The position numbers and the translations under genes are program-made. A stretch of DNA of 64,000 nucleotides, taken from assembly GCF_009914755.1 (NCBI RefSeq), contig NC_060939.1; one strand, written 5' to 3'. Below the pieces are notes generated by a model. It was given only the letters and a program-made list of their open reading frames with translations. It was not told where the DNA came from and made no database searches. Every line of letters starts with the position of its first letter. Position 1 is the stretch's first letter. Below, piece after piece: positions 41,301 to 55,170 of the stretch. The DNA is from the human T2T-CHM13v2.0 reference genome, Homo sapiens.

Positions 41301-42702
41301 AAGGAAAGAAAAAGAAAGAAAAGGAGGTTTGTGAACCTTCTAGCGCTGCATGGTATAGGGTTGGCACCCCCACCACTCTTGCTTACATCCCATCAGGGAG
41401 AGCCCCACTACCCTAGACATGCACAGTGTGAGATGAATCCCTCCCACCTCTGCCATCATGGGGGAAGGAAACTGTTTACAGCTGGAGAGAGCTAAGGGTA
41501 CCTTTGACTGAGATGATTAAGGCTGTAGGTGGCTTCCAAGACAGTCAAGAAGATGAAGTTGGAAGTGAAAAGGATAGGAAGAGATCAGGGCCCACACTCA
41601 AAGGTCTTATACACTCACACTTACAAACAAATGGTGAGCTTCCAAACAAACACCAGTTAAGGGGCTGAGTAGAATCCTGAATTTCTCTCCTCTGTTCAAA
41701 ACAGCTCCATGGGTGTCTGAGACCAAATGGAGCCATGCCCAGTAGTGCCACAAATACAAATCCGTAAAACACTCAGATGATAGTCCCATTAGTGGACCAG
41801 ACGAAACAGCAGAGCCCCAGCAACACCCCAGAAGACACAGGAAAGCCGGGTGCACTCTACTAGCTCACTTGGTTGCAAGGGCTGCCAGCTTCTTCAGAGG
41901 TCACATTCTTTGTACCAGCAAAGTGTTGATGGCTGCAGAAGTTGTGCAAGGAAGTGAAAGGGAGGGTCTAGGAAATGAAAGATTTTCAGCAGCTGCTTGG
42001 AAGTTCCCTAACATTCCTGCCATGGGGTCTGCTGGCCTTCAGCTGCTGGTGCTCACAGGCAACCCTCCACCTTGGTAGCAAAACCAGGCTCACAGGCTTG
42101 GGTTGCCCAGAGCACATAATGCTCCCCATACAGGCCACCAAATTTGTTACCAAACACAGGTTTGGCCACTTGTCACTTACCGTATCAAATAACAAGCAAG
42201 AGGGTGGTAAAAAGAAAGTGACTTTATTTCACAGCTTAGCAATGGAGAAGAACCAGGTTCATATCTAAAGGAGCCGCTTCAGTTTTCCGGGAAGAAAGCA
42301 GGGTTTTAAGAAGAGAAACTTTCTTGTGCAGGGTATGCAGAAGGAACATGGAGGTGCGGGGTCTATGTGACTTGCTGTAAAACTTAGCTAAGGGGTCATC
42401 TGTTAGTCTGACCAGTGTCATTGAGGAAAGAGTCGGAATGTGGATTAACTATTGTCTTGAGACAGTCTCCCTGTGAGGGAGAATTCTGGATGTTGCCTGC
42501 TTTGGTTCAACATTTGGTCCTTAGAATTTCTAAGGAAACATATACTTAGATAAGCTGGCAATACTTGCAGGTTGTTTCACTGGTGGAAACGAAGGAAGGA
42601 AAAGGTTACATTTGCATTTCTGAGGAGCTAAGCAAGAGGTGAACACTGAGAAAAAGAAAAAATGCAAAGGTAATTTTTAGGAAAATAGTATACTGGGTTA
42701 CA
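38330..42702 (-). mobile_element. Non-coding MER4-group ERV1 element: internal region plus 5' LTR (42144-42702)
   Basis: AT-rich MER4-int-like sequence related to 52513-58380; LTR with TG..CA ends; PBS adjacent; 3' LTR absent. Confidence 0.75.
42123..42140 (-). promoter_or_regulatory. Primer-binding site, tRNA-Ile type
   Basis: Minus strand TGGTGGCCTGTATGGGGA versus tRNA-Ile(AAT) complement TGGTGGCCCGTACGGGGA; two CpG-decay changes; 3 nt from the LTR end. Confidence 0.75.
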
Positions 42703-44332
42703 ACTTAACTTAATTTCACTGTGTCTAAAGAGCAACCCTATACTTCATGCAAACTACATAGCCTGGGGCATTCATGTGGTGAAGAACAGAGAAAAAATAT
42801 TTTTAAGATGCAAAGGAAACTGGAGATTTTTTTAAGGAAAATCAATGAAGGAAGAAACCTTTATTGGCTTCTCCTTTTGGTGACAAATGTATTGTTCTCC
42901 TATAAGTAGAAAACTATACTTTAATTATTTCGTAATGTAGTGATTTTACCAGCCACAACTAACAGGATAACATAGGAAAGGCAGGTTGGTGTCCACACAG
43001 GGTGACTGAATCTACCTAACACACCATTTACTTTGTTTCTAAACAGTGTGTATTCCTTCATTCTTGGGTTGGATGCAAGATCACTGAGTCATGGAAAACT
43101 TTGTCTTTTTGTAGTCAGAAATTAGGCGAAAGCATAAAGGTGAATTACTCTTTATTAAAGAAATCATTTAAATTACTTTTCTTTGTATCTTTGCTTTTTG
43201 TTTCTGTACTGCTCCAGTACTCCTGTGAACCATGTCTCAGTGGAGTAATGATGGCACCACAGTCCAGCCTGCATGGCTGTTGGCATGCATGCTCCCTCCT
43301 CCTGCAGCCATGGAGAATGGCTTTATGAAATTCAGCCACCTCTTTGTCCAGACTGTCAGTTCCATCTTCTCAACTCCAAGTATCTTCCAGAGTCCGTGCC
43401 ACACCACAGCCTGGAAACTCTCCCCAAGCAGTAACCTGAGGCAACAGTAGCCCTCATTGTTTCACGTCTCTCAGATGTCACTGTCCTTCATTGTTTGATG
43501 TGCACTCTCTTGCAATCCATCCTTCCAGATAAATCATCCATTTTTACCTGTGATAAGCCATGTCCAATTGCCATAAGTTTTTCCACAACATTTTGTTTCA
43601 TTCTTCCTGCAATTACTCGATCATTACTATACCACCGCCTATATGGATGTACCTGTCAATGTGAAGCTGGGTAAGGAACAATGTGCGCCAAACTCACAGA
43701 GAAAGACAAGCGAGCTGGCCTTTATATCACTAAAGGGAAGCTCAGATTGGTAAATATGTAATGTCTGTAGTAGTCTTGTTGGGGACATCCACAGTATGTC
43801 AATGAATCAAAGACTTAAGAAGAATCTCAAAGAAAGAATAATATCTCTCTCTCAACCCTTATACACATAATAGACTTATTTACCCTTATTGAAAAAGTCC
43901 TTCTAGAATTTTAAATTTACACTTTATTCATATAAAAATGAAAGCAATATTGAAATTAATTCATAAATTCACACGTATCTTGGTATTCTGATTATGATTG
44001 TTCTGAATTAGGTGTTGACACTTTTTCAAAGTGATGATTGATATAGTTGGATGAATATCCACCATGCTTGTTACTATCTTTTAGTTTTTGCGCTGCCTCT
44101 GTTTCCATTTTTGTCTTCCATTCATTTTCCTTTTTTTGTGGTTTTTATTCAGCATTTAAAAAATTCAATCTTCTTTCTTAGCATCTCAGACTTTTTAATA
44201 CTTTTTTATTGGTTTCTCAAGATAATAAAAACTTTTAATTTCCATATTCTTAATTGATCTTACATATAACAGCTTATTTAAAATAATTATATTCAATAGC
44301 AGACAGGTGCCTTTCAAAAAAATAGTAGGAAT

Positions 44333-44632
<300 letters not shown>

Positions 44633-45996
44633 GCAGCAATTAATTTAACTATATTTTCATAAGTATAAGATCTATATAGATATGGGTATAGATATACATA
44701 TAAGTAAAATGAAAGGTACGAAAAGAGGGACAAAAGGAAAAATACAGGAAAAAGGAAGAAATAGAACTATTATTTTATAAGATGGTTACACTACTTCTGA
44801 GGCAGTATACTTTTATATGAAAGGAGCTTAGATTAGTTGTAAATATAAATTGCCACCTCTAGGGCAGGATACTGGACCAGGAGCCTCAGTTTTTTGCTGT
44901 CTGTGGCCAGAGGCTGCATTCAGTTATTTCCCATGTTGGCTTCTCTCCCATGGCAGAATGTGTCATCAAAACCACCATGACAGAGAGCTTGCAGCAAGAC
45001 AGGTATCATAATCTTAGGTAACATGATTACCCAAGTGACATCCTATCAGGTTGTAGTCTTCTGATGTATCAAAGCAAGTCTCAGTTTCTCCCCAACGTCA
45101 CAAGAAAAAAGATTAGATATTCTAATTAAGCTCTGAGGATCATCGTGCACCATCTTAGAGATCACCTGCCAATGTCAGGTCTTGCTTAATCTGGGACAGG
45201 TTCTCAGTCCTCACTTTGTGAGAAAACAGGTCACATAGTTTGTAAAATGTATCAAAATCTGGATTTCTCTGAATGTTTCTCATAATTTTACTGAGCAATA
45301 TAGATAGAGACATGTAATTATCTATTTGTGAAGACAAGAAACAGCAAACAGGACATTATTTACAAATACAAATTTAGAGACCAAAACTAAGAAAGAAAAG
45401 TTTGCGAATGGGAAAAGGAAAATTAAAAATAATAATAATGTTCGCCAGGGTAACAAAAAGGGTGGGAATGGGGAGGTGAGCACCTGGGACGCTACGAGAT
45501 CGACAATGTTCTGCTTAGTAAGCTCAATAGTGTAATTTTTTTTAAATATATATTTTATTTATTTTTTAAATCTATGTTAGAATAGTTTGGATTTACAGAA
45601 TAGTTAGAAGTACATACAGAGAGTTTATATATATTCAACACATAATTTCCCTTTCATAAATTCTTACATTCATTTGAGACATTTGTCGCAATTGATGAAC
45701 CAGTATTATACATTATCATTCAGCAACATTCACAATTAATCAGATGTTCTGTTTTCACCTAATGTCCATATTCTGTTCCAGGATTCCGCCCAGGACACCA
45801 CATCACGTTTAGGTATCGTGTGCCAGTTTCTCAGATTTTCCTTATTTCTGATATCATTGAAATCCTTTGGGATGTCTCTGGTGTTTTCCTAATGATTGGA
45901 TGGCTGTTGTGAATTTAGCAGAGGAAACCTACAGAGGGAAACTTTTATTCTCATGATGTTATAACAAGAGTACATAGTGTCAACATGCTGTATCAC

Positions 45997-46308
45997 TTTT
46001 TTTTTTTTTTTTTTTTTTTTTGAGACAGGGTCTCACTCTGTTGCTCAGGCCGGAGTGCAGTGGCATGAACAAAGCTCGCTGCAGCCTCGAACTCCTGGGC
46101 TTGAATGATCCTCCACCTCAGCCTCTTGAGTAGATGGGACTACAGGCATGTGCCACCACATCTGGGTGATTTAATTTTACTTGTACTTTTGTAGAGGCAG
46201 AGTCTCACGACATTGCTCAGGCTGGTCTCTAAGTCCTGGCCCCAAGCGATCCTCTCACCTCAGGCTCCCAAAGTGCTGGGATTACAGGTGTGAGCCACTG
46301 TGCCCAGC
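45997..46308 (-). mobile_element. AluJ
   Basis: Long poly(T), gagacagggtctcactctg..gcagcctcgaactcctggg. Confidence 0.85.
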
Positions 46309-48681
46309 TGCTTTATCATGGTTAATGTTATTTGATCACATGGATGAGGCAGTTTAGCTCAGTTTTCTCCACTATAAAATTAATATTATTCCCCTTTTCA
46401 TGTTATACCTTTTGGAAAAAACATCACTATGCACAGCACATACATAAAAAGTGGGGAATTATGCCTCTTTCCCCTATGGATGGACCTTCTATAAATGTCA
46501 TTTGTGTTTCTGTAAAAAATATTTAACATTCCTTGGGCTGTTCTGGATCAATTGTGTTTTTCTGTGCATTTTAGGATCAGTGGTCCAAGAACTGCTAAAA
46601 ATGAGAAAAAATTAAAGTTAGAACTTTAGTAGGGCTTGTATTGAATCTGAAGATGCATTTAGAAAGTATAAGCATCTTGGTTAATACTTAATAACTTTCT
46701 AATCAATGAAAATGTAGTTCATATAGTATATTACACTAATTCTTTTATTCATTTATTTAGGATTTCTTTAATACTTCAATATTATTTGTAATTTTCAGTA
46801 TATATATCTTGCAGTTATATTGTTTATTTTCAAATATATTTCCTTTTGATGCCATGTTAAATGAAATTATTTTCTGAGTTTCATTATTTGATTAGTTTCT
46901 ATTGTATAAGAATGCAATTTATTACATTGATCATGCATACTGAATTTTTTTTTGTTCCAACCTTATTTTAGTGAATTTTTTAGGATTTTCTATACATTAG
47001 ATTATGTCACTGGCCAATAGATGTTTGACTTCTTCCCTTTCAATTTGGAAGTCTTATATTTATTTTTCCAGCCTAATTTTATAAATTACATCCTCAAGCA
47101 TAATGTTTAGTTGAATTAGTGGAATAGATAACCTTTTGTGTTTATAATTTTGGGAAAATTACTGAGACCTACTTGATACCATGTGTTGTCATATGAATTT
47201 TTCATAGGTGCCTGTGTTAGTAAGAACATTCCCTTTATGCAAAATTTGTTTGGTGTTTTTACTGCGAGTGGGTTTTTGAATTGGAAAGTGTTTATTCCAT
47301 ATCTTTAGATGTGATAAAGAAAATTTTGTCATTTATTATATTAATATAGTGATTACACTAATTCTTTTTATATGTTTTACCAAACTTGTGATCCTGGATA
47401 AATAAATAAATAAATAAGTTAGTGTTTAATTATGTTTTACGATCCTGATCTTTGTTCAGACTGTTTGCTCGAGAATTATTGCTTGGGTATCCATAAAGCA
47501 TATTAGTTTATAGTTTTACTTTTTTGGACTGTCTCTGTTTGGTTGTGGCCTCAGAGGAAACTGCCTCATAGAATGTATTGCACACTGATCTCTTCTCTAT
47601 TATTTTATTTTTTGGAGAACAGTTAGTAAAAAATTGCTGTTGATATTTTAAAGGTTTTGAATAATTCATCAGTGAAGTCTTCTCAACCAGGTCAATCACG
47701 AGAACTTAGAAGATGATTCCTCCCCAGCTGATCCTCAGGTGAGACCTCAGCCTTGGCCATCATCTACATCTGAATTCCTGACTCAGAGAAACTGTGAGTA
47801 ATTTGTATGTGCTTTTGAGCCACTAAGCTATGTAGTTATTCGCTATGCTGCAATAAACAATAATACACTTTATGTAAACATAATATGTTATCCTTGATTA
47901 GATCCAAAAAAAGGAAAAATGGCATTAGTGGAAAACCTGGTAAAATATGAAGACAGTCAGTACTTTGGTTAATAGTTTAGTGCCTTTATCAGTTTCTGAG
48001 TTTTCGTAGATAGTCTGTGGTTCTGTGTGTGATATTAATATAACAGGAAATTGAAGGGTATATACAACTTTATGTAAGATTTTAACAACTCTCTGTTAAT
48101 CTAAAATTATTTCAAAATAAATAGAAGTGTAGACATGGCTCATATATTTGAGATCAGGTCTCCCTGTTAACTTAATTGAGCCTACATGGAACCTAAATCT
48201 CATGGTACAAATGCAATAATATTATAAAATATAAATCAGATGAGTTTCTATTTTACTCTCTTCTTCAGGGAACACTAAAGCCCATTCTTCCTCTCAAGTA
48301 ACCAGAAATAAAGTTGATCCAAGTAACAAGTGGACAGCATAAAAGATTGTATGGAAACTATAATGCATCTACATCTGCAGTAACTAATCATAAAATGATT
48401 TGTATGATCATTCTTCACATGATTAGGATGACTATGGGAAAGAAGAAAAAGAAATGCAACTTTCTTGATTTAAAAATTGTATCTAAGGGGCATGAAGCAC
48501 CTTTCTGGGGCAATGGTAAGATTTTTTGAATCTTGACAGCAGTGATGTTTATATTCCTGTATTCATTGTCCAAATGAATAAAATAGTTCATGTAAAAGGG
48601 TGAATTTTGCTGTACAAAACAATGTAATAAATTTGACTTTAAAAGCCAAAAAAAAAAAACATAAAATAAAAATTGTATCTG

Positions 48682-48852
48682 TGCAAGTGTGGTGGCACAC
48701 ACCTATAGTCAGTCCCAGCTGCTAGGGAGGGTGGGTAGGATGAACATGTGGTACCAGGAATTTGAGGCTGTGTAGTGTGCTGTGCTTGTGCCAGTGAATA
48801 ACCAGTGCACTCCAGCCTGGGCAACGTAGTGAAACGCCATTGAATGAATGAA

Positions 48853-48903
<51 letters not shown>
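48682..48903 (+). mobile_element. FAM-like fossil Alu monomer with (TAAA)n tail (48851-48903)
   Basis: gaggctgtgtagtgtgctgtg..gtgaataaccagtgcactccagcctgggcaac, a 7SL-like insert typical of FAM. Confidence 0.7.
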
Positions 48904-48958
48904 GTTATAGAGATCATTCTTTGTATCTCTATCATTAGGGCTGAAATCCTCTAGATAA

Positions 48959-49257
<299 letters not shown>

Positions 49258-49399
49258 CTGAGATTTTTCTTTATCGTTGGAGAGCTGCCACCCCAGTGCA
49301 AACTTTCAAATAATGCCTTGCCAGTTTTACTTTCCCTCTCAAGGATTCCTGAAACTATAGTTTCTAAAATTATCTCACAGCATGTGTTTTATTTTTACT

Positions 49400-49906
49400 T
49401 CTGTTTGCTGTTAAGGCCCCTCTGGATGGTGGCTATAACCTATAGCCTTGCCCAATATGACTCAGGGTTTGGTACTGGCTGTGCCTTTCATGGGATGCTT
49501 ACTTATCCTGGTCGATGGCCTAAAGCCCAACTGTCCAGCTTACATCCAGGTATCCTTCTCACAGAGTACTTGTTTATACTGTAAGACACCCTGTGGCTCC
49601 TGTCTGACCTGTGTCTAGTTTATTTCTACCAAGGTAACCACTCTCTAGGAGAGTGCTAAGTGGGAGAAAAGTGATGTCCATGTGTGTTTGTAAAGTGAAA
49701 TACAGAGGAGGCAGCTCAACAAAATGTGTATAATGGCATGAGTCATGTATTACTAACCAATCCCAGTAAGAAGAGGGCAGCATTCCTTGAAGTGCAGATG
49801 GAAAGAGAAGAGCTCTCCAGGACATACACTCATAAGCAGCAGGGGTGGTGGAGGAGCAACTAGAGAAAGACATAGTATTGCACCATTTGGCTGAAGTCTT
49901 TATGGG
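49400..49906. mobile_element. MER74/MER54-like ERVL LTR, first part; appears to resume at 63126-63400; paralog at 27560-28355
   Basis: acagaggaggc..ctcaaca motif and gtgc..ctttcat.ggat.ctta.ttatcct shared with U2. Confidence 0.5.
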
Positions 49907-52900
49907 TGTATTTGTCATTTTTTTTTCAGAGAGACAGAACTACAGGGAGGTAGATAGGTAGGTAGGTAGATAGATAGATACATAGATGGAGAGTTGATAG
50001 ATAGATAGACAATAGTTAGATGAAAGGCATTTTGTTTGGGGATTTACTCATGTAACATTGTAGAGACAGAGCATTCCCAAGACAGCCATCTGTGAGTTTA
50101 AGGACCTTGGATGCTGTAGCGTGGTGGCTCAGTCCAAAGCTGAAATCTTCAGAACCAGGGAAGCCCTTGGTGTAATTCTCAGTTTGGGACCAATGGCCTG
50201 AGAATCCAGGGCATTTACTGGTATAAGTTCTGGAGTTTCAAGGCCATAGATCATGGAGTTCTGTTTTCCAAGGGCAGGAAAAGGAGTATAACTTCTTCAG
50301 GAGAGAGGACAGAAAAAGGAGTATAACTTCTTCAGGAGAGAGACAGGAAGACTTGAAAAAAATTTTTAATTTTTGGTTCTATTTGGTCCCCAAGGAGATT
50401 GTATGCTGCCTTCCCCCATTGAGGGTGGATTTTTCCCACTAAATTACCTGACTCATACACCAATCTCCTCTGGAAACACCCTGGCAGACACACCCAGAAG
50501 TAATGCTTCACCAATTCTGTAGGTATTCTTTAATCCAGTCAGCATCTTAAATTAACCATGACAAGTCCAGCACCTTTCTAGTTGGCACCTATATGTATCA
50601 CCTTAAGCCCTAACTAATCTTCAGATACAGACAATAACAAGGCAATAGTTCTACCTAACATGATGCAACGATCCTGTGTGCAACGAGAACACACTATACT
50701 ATTTTTCCTAAGAGTAGTAGAAGTTTGTGGGTGATGGTTACTCTTCTCCTGATACCCCATAACTTCAATAGAAATATGTTAAACTACTAACACTTAACTG
50801 CTAATATCAAGTTAATACATTCTTGTGTTATGTGACAAAAGAAGAAGAGAGAAATAAAAACAATGTTATTTGTCTAATATATTTATATATAACATGAAAA
50901 TGTATTCTTAAAGTTGATAGGAAATACTAGTGACAATTTTAATCCTTGTTTCTGTAACTGGTCACCTGGTCCTGTCTGCTATTTGTAACTCCCTTCTACT
51001 GCTACCCATTCAGTATTCTCTTTGTCTTCAGCAAGCCCCTCTGCTGGTCCTGGGTCTTTACCTGGCAGGGTGATGCAAACCTTCATTCCTGAAAGGTCTG
51101 GATCATTTGTATTCTTGTCTGGAATGGTTGTAATAATCCATTGAACTTAATAACAGGTCATAGTAATACTAAGACTTTGTTTTAGTCCATTTTCTGTTAC
51201 TTATAACAGAATACCTGAAACTGAGTAGTTGATAAAGAAAACACATGCATTTCATACAGTTATGGAGGCTGAAAAGGCTGAGGTTGAGAGGTTGTATGTG
51301 GCGAGATCCTGTTGCTGGTTGGGACTCTCTGAAGAGTTCTGAAGCCTACAGGGTATCATATGGCAATGGAGTAGAGCTTGCTGACATGCAACATCATGTC
51401 TCCCTTCTTATAAGCCACTCTTCTCTCATAGTAGACTATTAATCTTTAAATATTAATTTATTAATCCATGAAAGGATTAATTCATTTATGGGTCAAACTC
51501 TTCATGATCCAGTCACCTTTTAAAGGTCTCACAATTCAGTACTACCACGTTAGGGATGAAATTTCAGCATAAATTTTGGAGGGAAGCAATATTCCAACCA
51601 CAGGGCTCCACTTCTGACTCTAAAAATCTCGTCCTGTCACTTACAAAAAGTTTATTTCATTCCTATCGTTCAAAGGCTTAGATTGTTCCAGCACCAACAG
51701 AAAGTTCCCACAGCTAAAGTCTCCTCTGTCAGCCCATGAAATCAAAACAAGTTATCTTCATACAAAATTCAGCAGTTGGGTTGTTAATGGCCAATGGGTT
51801 CATGTTGGCTGCTGCCCAGATAGAGCCACTTCACCAAGATAGGGGAATTGCTGTAGAGAAAATTTTATACATGTAGAGCTGGCTAAAGGAGAGAGCAGAG
51901 TTTTCCTATTACTCAAAACTGCTTCTCCAAATATTCAGAGGCTAGAGTTTTTATAGATAGTTTTGTGGGCAGGGGTTAGAGAAAGGGACATGCTGATTGG
52001 TTGGGTCAGGGATGAAATCTTAGGAAGTCAAAGCCATCTTCTTTTCTGACTCAGCTCCTGGGTGTGGGCCACGTATCCAGATGAGCCAGTTTACTGGTTT
52101 GGGTGGCACCCGCTGATCTGTCAGGATGCAAGTTATGAAAAATACCTCAAACACCAATCTTAGGTTTTACAATAGTAATGTTATTTATAGGAGCCATTGG
52201 GGAGGTTATTAATATTGTGGCCTCTGATTGTATGACTCCTGAGCCATACTTTCTAATATTGTGGTTAATTTGTTAGTTTTACAAAGTTGATGTGGTCCCC
52301 AAACAATGAGGGGTTTTGTTTCAGAGGGGAGCTGTTATTATCTTTGTTTCAAAGTTAAGCTACAAAGTAAATTTCTCCCGAAGTTAGTTTGTTTTTGCCC
52401 AGGAATCAGCAAGGGCCTCTTGGAGGTTAAATGCAAGATGAAGTCACTTAGGTCATATCTCTCTCCCTATCATAATTTTCTTACTGTTACTGTTTTTGCA
52501 AACGTGATTCCAATTTCCCCTTGCAAGTTTCATTGCATCTTATTCTTAATGGGTGAGGTACAGAGTTGGGAAAAGGCCAAAGACCATTCTAACTTCTTCC
52601 TGCTGACAAGGGGTATACTTGGGATAGGGTTTGGCCCCAGAGTAAATGGAATGAAACTGCTTTGCAGCTGCCTGCATGTATTCACAGGTGCCTGGTTGGG
52701 GTTCCTAGGCTTGCATGACCAAGACGTTAGTACTCTCATCCACAGTTTTAGTACAGCACTTAAGTGAACAGCTGACTATAGGATAATGAATCCTAATATA
52801 AGGAGTGGAAGTCCTAGCTTCAGAAGTCCTTATATAATTTGTCTAAATCCCTGAGCGATTCGGGTGAATAGCGCCAAGAACCAGTCAGACATGGGGTCCA

Positions 52901-54182
52901 TGGTCAAGAGAGATATGGGTGAGAGATTGTTAGAAAGACAAATTTGGATAAACAGGAAAGAGCAAATTTAAATATACCATCTCATATCTTTTTAGTTAGT
53001 TTCCTAGTCCTCAGAATAGATCCTAGCTGTGTTTCATTCCAGGAGGTGTCACTGCAAATGAACTAGGCCCCCTTATGTGATTAAGGCAAAAAATATTTTT
53101 AATAACAGGCATTTGTATGGAAATAGAAAATAATAACAAAGGTTGATCTTGGGAACAATGCATCCAGATGTTAGATTCAAAGCATTTTTAAGTTGCAAAG
53201 GAGGATAGTGATGACAATCTCACATATTTCGCATCTGTATCTCAAGGGATAAGCTTCAGCCTGCAGGGCCTCAGGAAGAAGTTCGTAGCCATTTCATTGA
53301 GTCCAGGTCAGAAAAGTGGAAGAAAAATGTGAATGTGTTAGTTTGAGGACTTTAGCTCTGAGAGGTTTCAGGATTCAGTCCAAAGTGCAGAAAACAATAA
53401 AAAGCTCAAAAACAATAGACAAGACTAGAATGTAACAATAAGTGTGCTATAGTATTTTTCTGACATACAATCTTTTGCTCTCTAGTTCTCATTTTTTTAA
53501 GACATATGATAGTAGGACACATGTATTTGCAAAATACATTTTGTTATTATTATACTTAGCCTGACTATTTGTGTAAAGTTCAGCAAGAGTAATTATTTGC
53601 CGTATTAGCCCTTTCTAAATTGGGTTTGCTGGAACTTTGTTCCCTAAGGAATCTTGGATTGGACTTTTTTAAAGCCTTCAAGGGATGTATCTGTGCCTGC
53701 AAATACTTGTACAGATTGCTTGAATTTCTCTCTTCTTCAGCTCCCAAGATAATTTAGGAATCATAGGCCTGTCAGAATGTGACATTTTTTACTAACCACA
53801 GGTCAAGAACCCTGTACAAGGCCTGTGTAGACAGTTAGGAGGTCAGTTTCTTAAGGGGCTTTTATCAACTCTGTTAGTCAACTTTAATTCCTCCAGCTTG
53901 TCTGTTTGTATCTGAAAGTAGGTCATTCGACTGGTAACATAACCACAGCTTTGGTAAAATAATCAGTGTCTCTAATTGTGTTCTGTTACAAAAGAAATCA
54001 GATTCTTATTGTACTTATGTAAATAACTATATCGCCATAGCATGGAATACTCATAAATAGTTTTCAAATTCTGGAGAAATCAAGTAGAGAAAATGAAATA
54101 TCCTTCATCTTTTGTTCACAGGAATATACTTTACTCAACCATGAAAAGCTGTAAATAGCTGAAAAGAAAAATGTGGTCTTGA

Positions 54183-54485
54183 GGTCGGGCACGGTGGCTC
54201 ACGCCTGTAATCCCAGCACTTTGGGAGGCCGAGGCGGGTGGATCACGAGGTCAGGAGATCGAGACCATCCTGGCTAACACGGTGAAACCCCGTCTCTACT
54301 AAAAATACAAAAAATTAGCCAGGAGAGGTGGCAGGCGCCTGTAGTCCCAGCTACTCGGGAGGCTGAGCCAAGAGAATGGCATGAACCCCAGGGGGTGGAG
54401 CCTGCAGTGAGCCCAGATCGCGCCACTGCACTCCAGCCTGGGTGACATCGAGACTCAATCTCAAAAACAAAAATAAAAAAGAAAA
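54183..54485 (+). mobile_element. AluY, AluYe-like
   Basis: gagaggtggc and ggggtggagcctgcag variants; ~20-bp TSD aaaagaaaaatgtggtcttga. Confidence 0.85.
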
Positions 54486-54825
54486 AAGAAAAATGTGGTC
54501 TTGACTCTGAAAAACAACAAAAAGGATCAGCAGCATTTCCAGCAACAAGTCATAAAATGATTATTGTGGTCTTCTATTAGTTCAGTCCATGCAGTGAACT
54601 TTGTCTGACATTGGGCCTGCAGTCCCCATAAACATACCAGCTATCTCTGACAGTCCTGGAGGTTTGTTTGTTTGGTTTTGTTTTTTTCCTATTTCAATGC
54701 CACAATCTTTGGTTATCAGAAACCTGTATTCAAGAGAACATTTCAAAGAGCAAACACCTTTTGAATAGTTTAAAAAAAAAGAGCACAATAATCTGTGGAT
54801 GACAATAATCTCAGGACAGTCATTG

Positions 54826-55170
54826 TTTTATTAATTTTACTTTGATTTTGTTGAGACAGGGTCTGAAGCCATGCAGGCTGGAGTGCAGTGGCACAATTAT
54901 GGCTCACTGTAGCCTCACCTTCCTGGGATCAAGCAATCCTCTTTCTTCAGCCTCCAGAGGAGCTGGGACCACAGGCAAGTGCTACCACATCCAACTAATT
55001 TTTTGATTTTTTTGTAGAGAAAAGGTCTCACTATCTTCCTCAGGCTGATCTCAAACACCTGAGCTCAAGCAATCCTCCCAACTTAGCCACCTAAAGTTCT
55101 AGGATTACAGACATGAGCCACCGTGCCCAGTGAGGACATTACAGGCATGAGTCACTGTGTCCAATGAGGC
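54826..55170 (-). mobile_element. AluJ with tandemly duplicated 5' end
   Basis: attacag(a/g)catgag(c/t)cac(c/t)gtg(c/t)cca(g/a)tgagg occurs twice (55104-55170). Confidence 0.8.

Noticed and set aside
50279-50342. Direct repeat aaaaggagtataacttcttcaggagagag x2
   Set aside because: Simple local tandem duplication inside MLT2; not CRISPR-like
52306-52767. 153-aa ORF
   Set aside because: Antisense through the LTR8A LTR and internal junction; no recognisable domain
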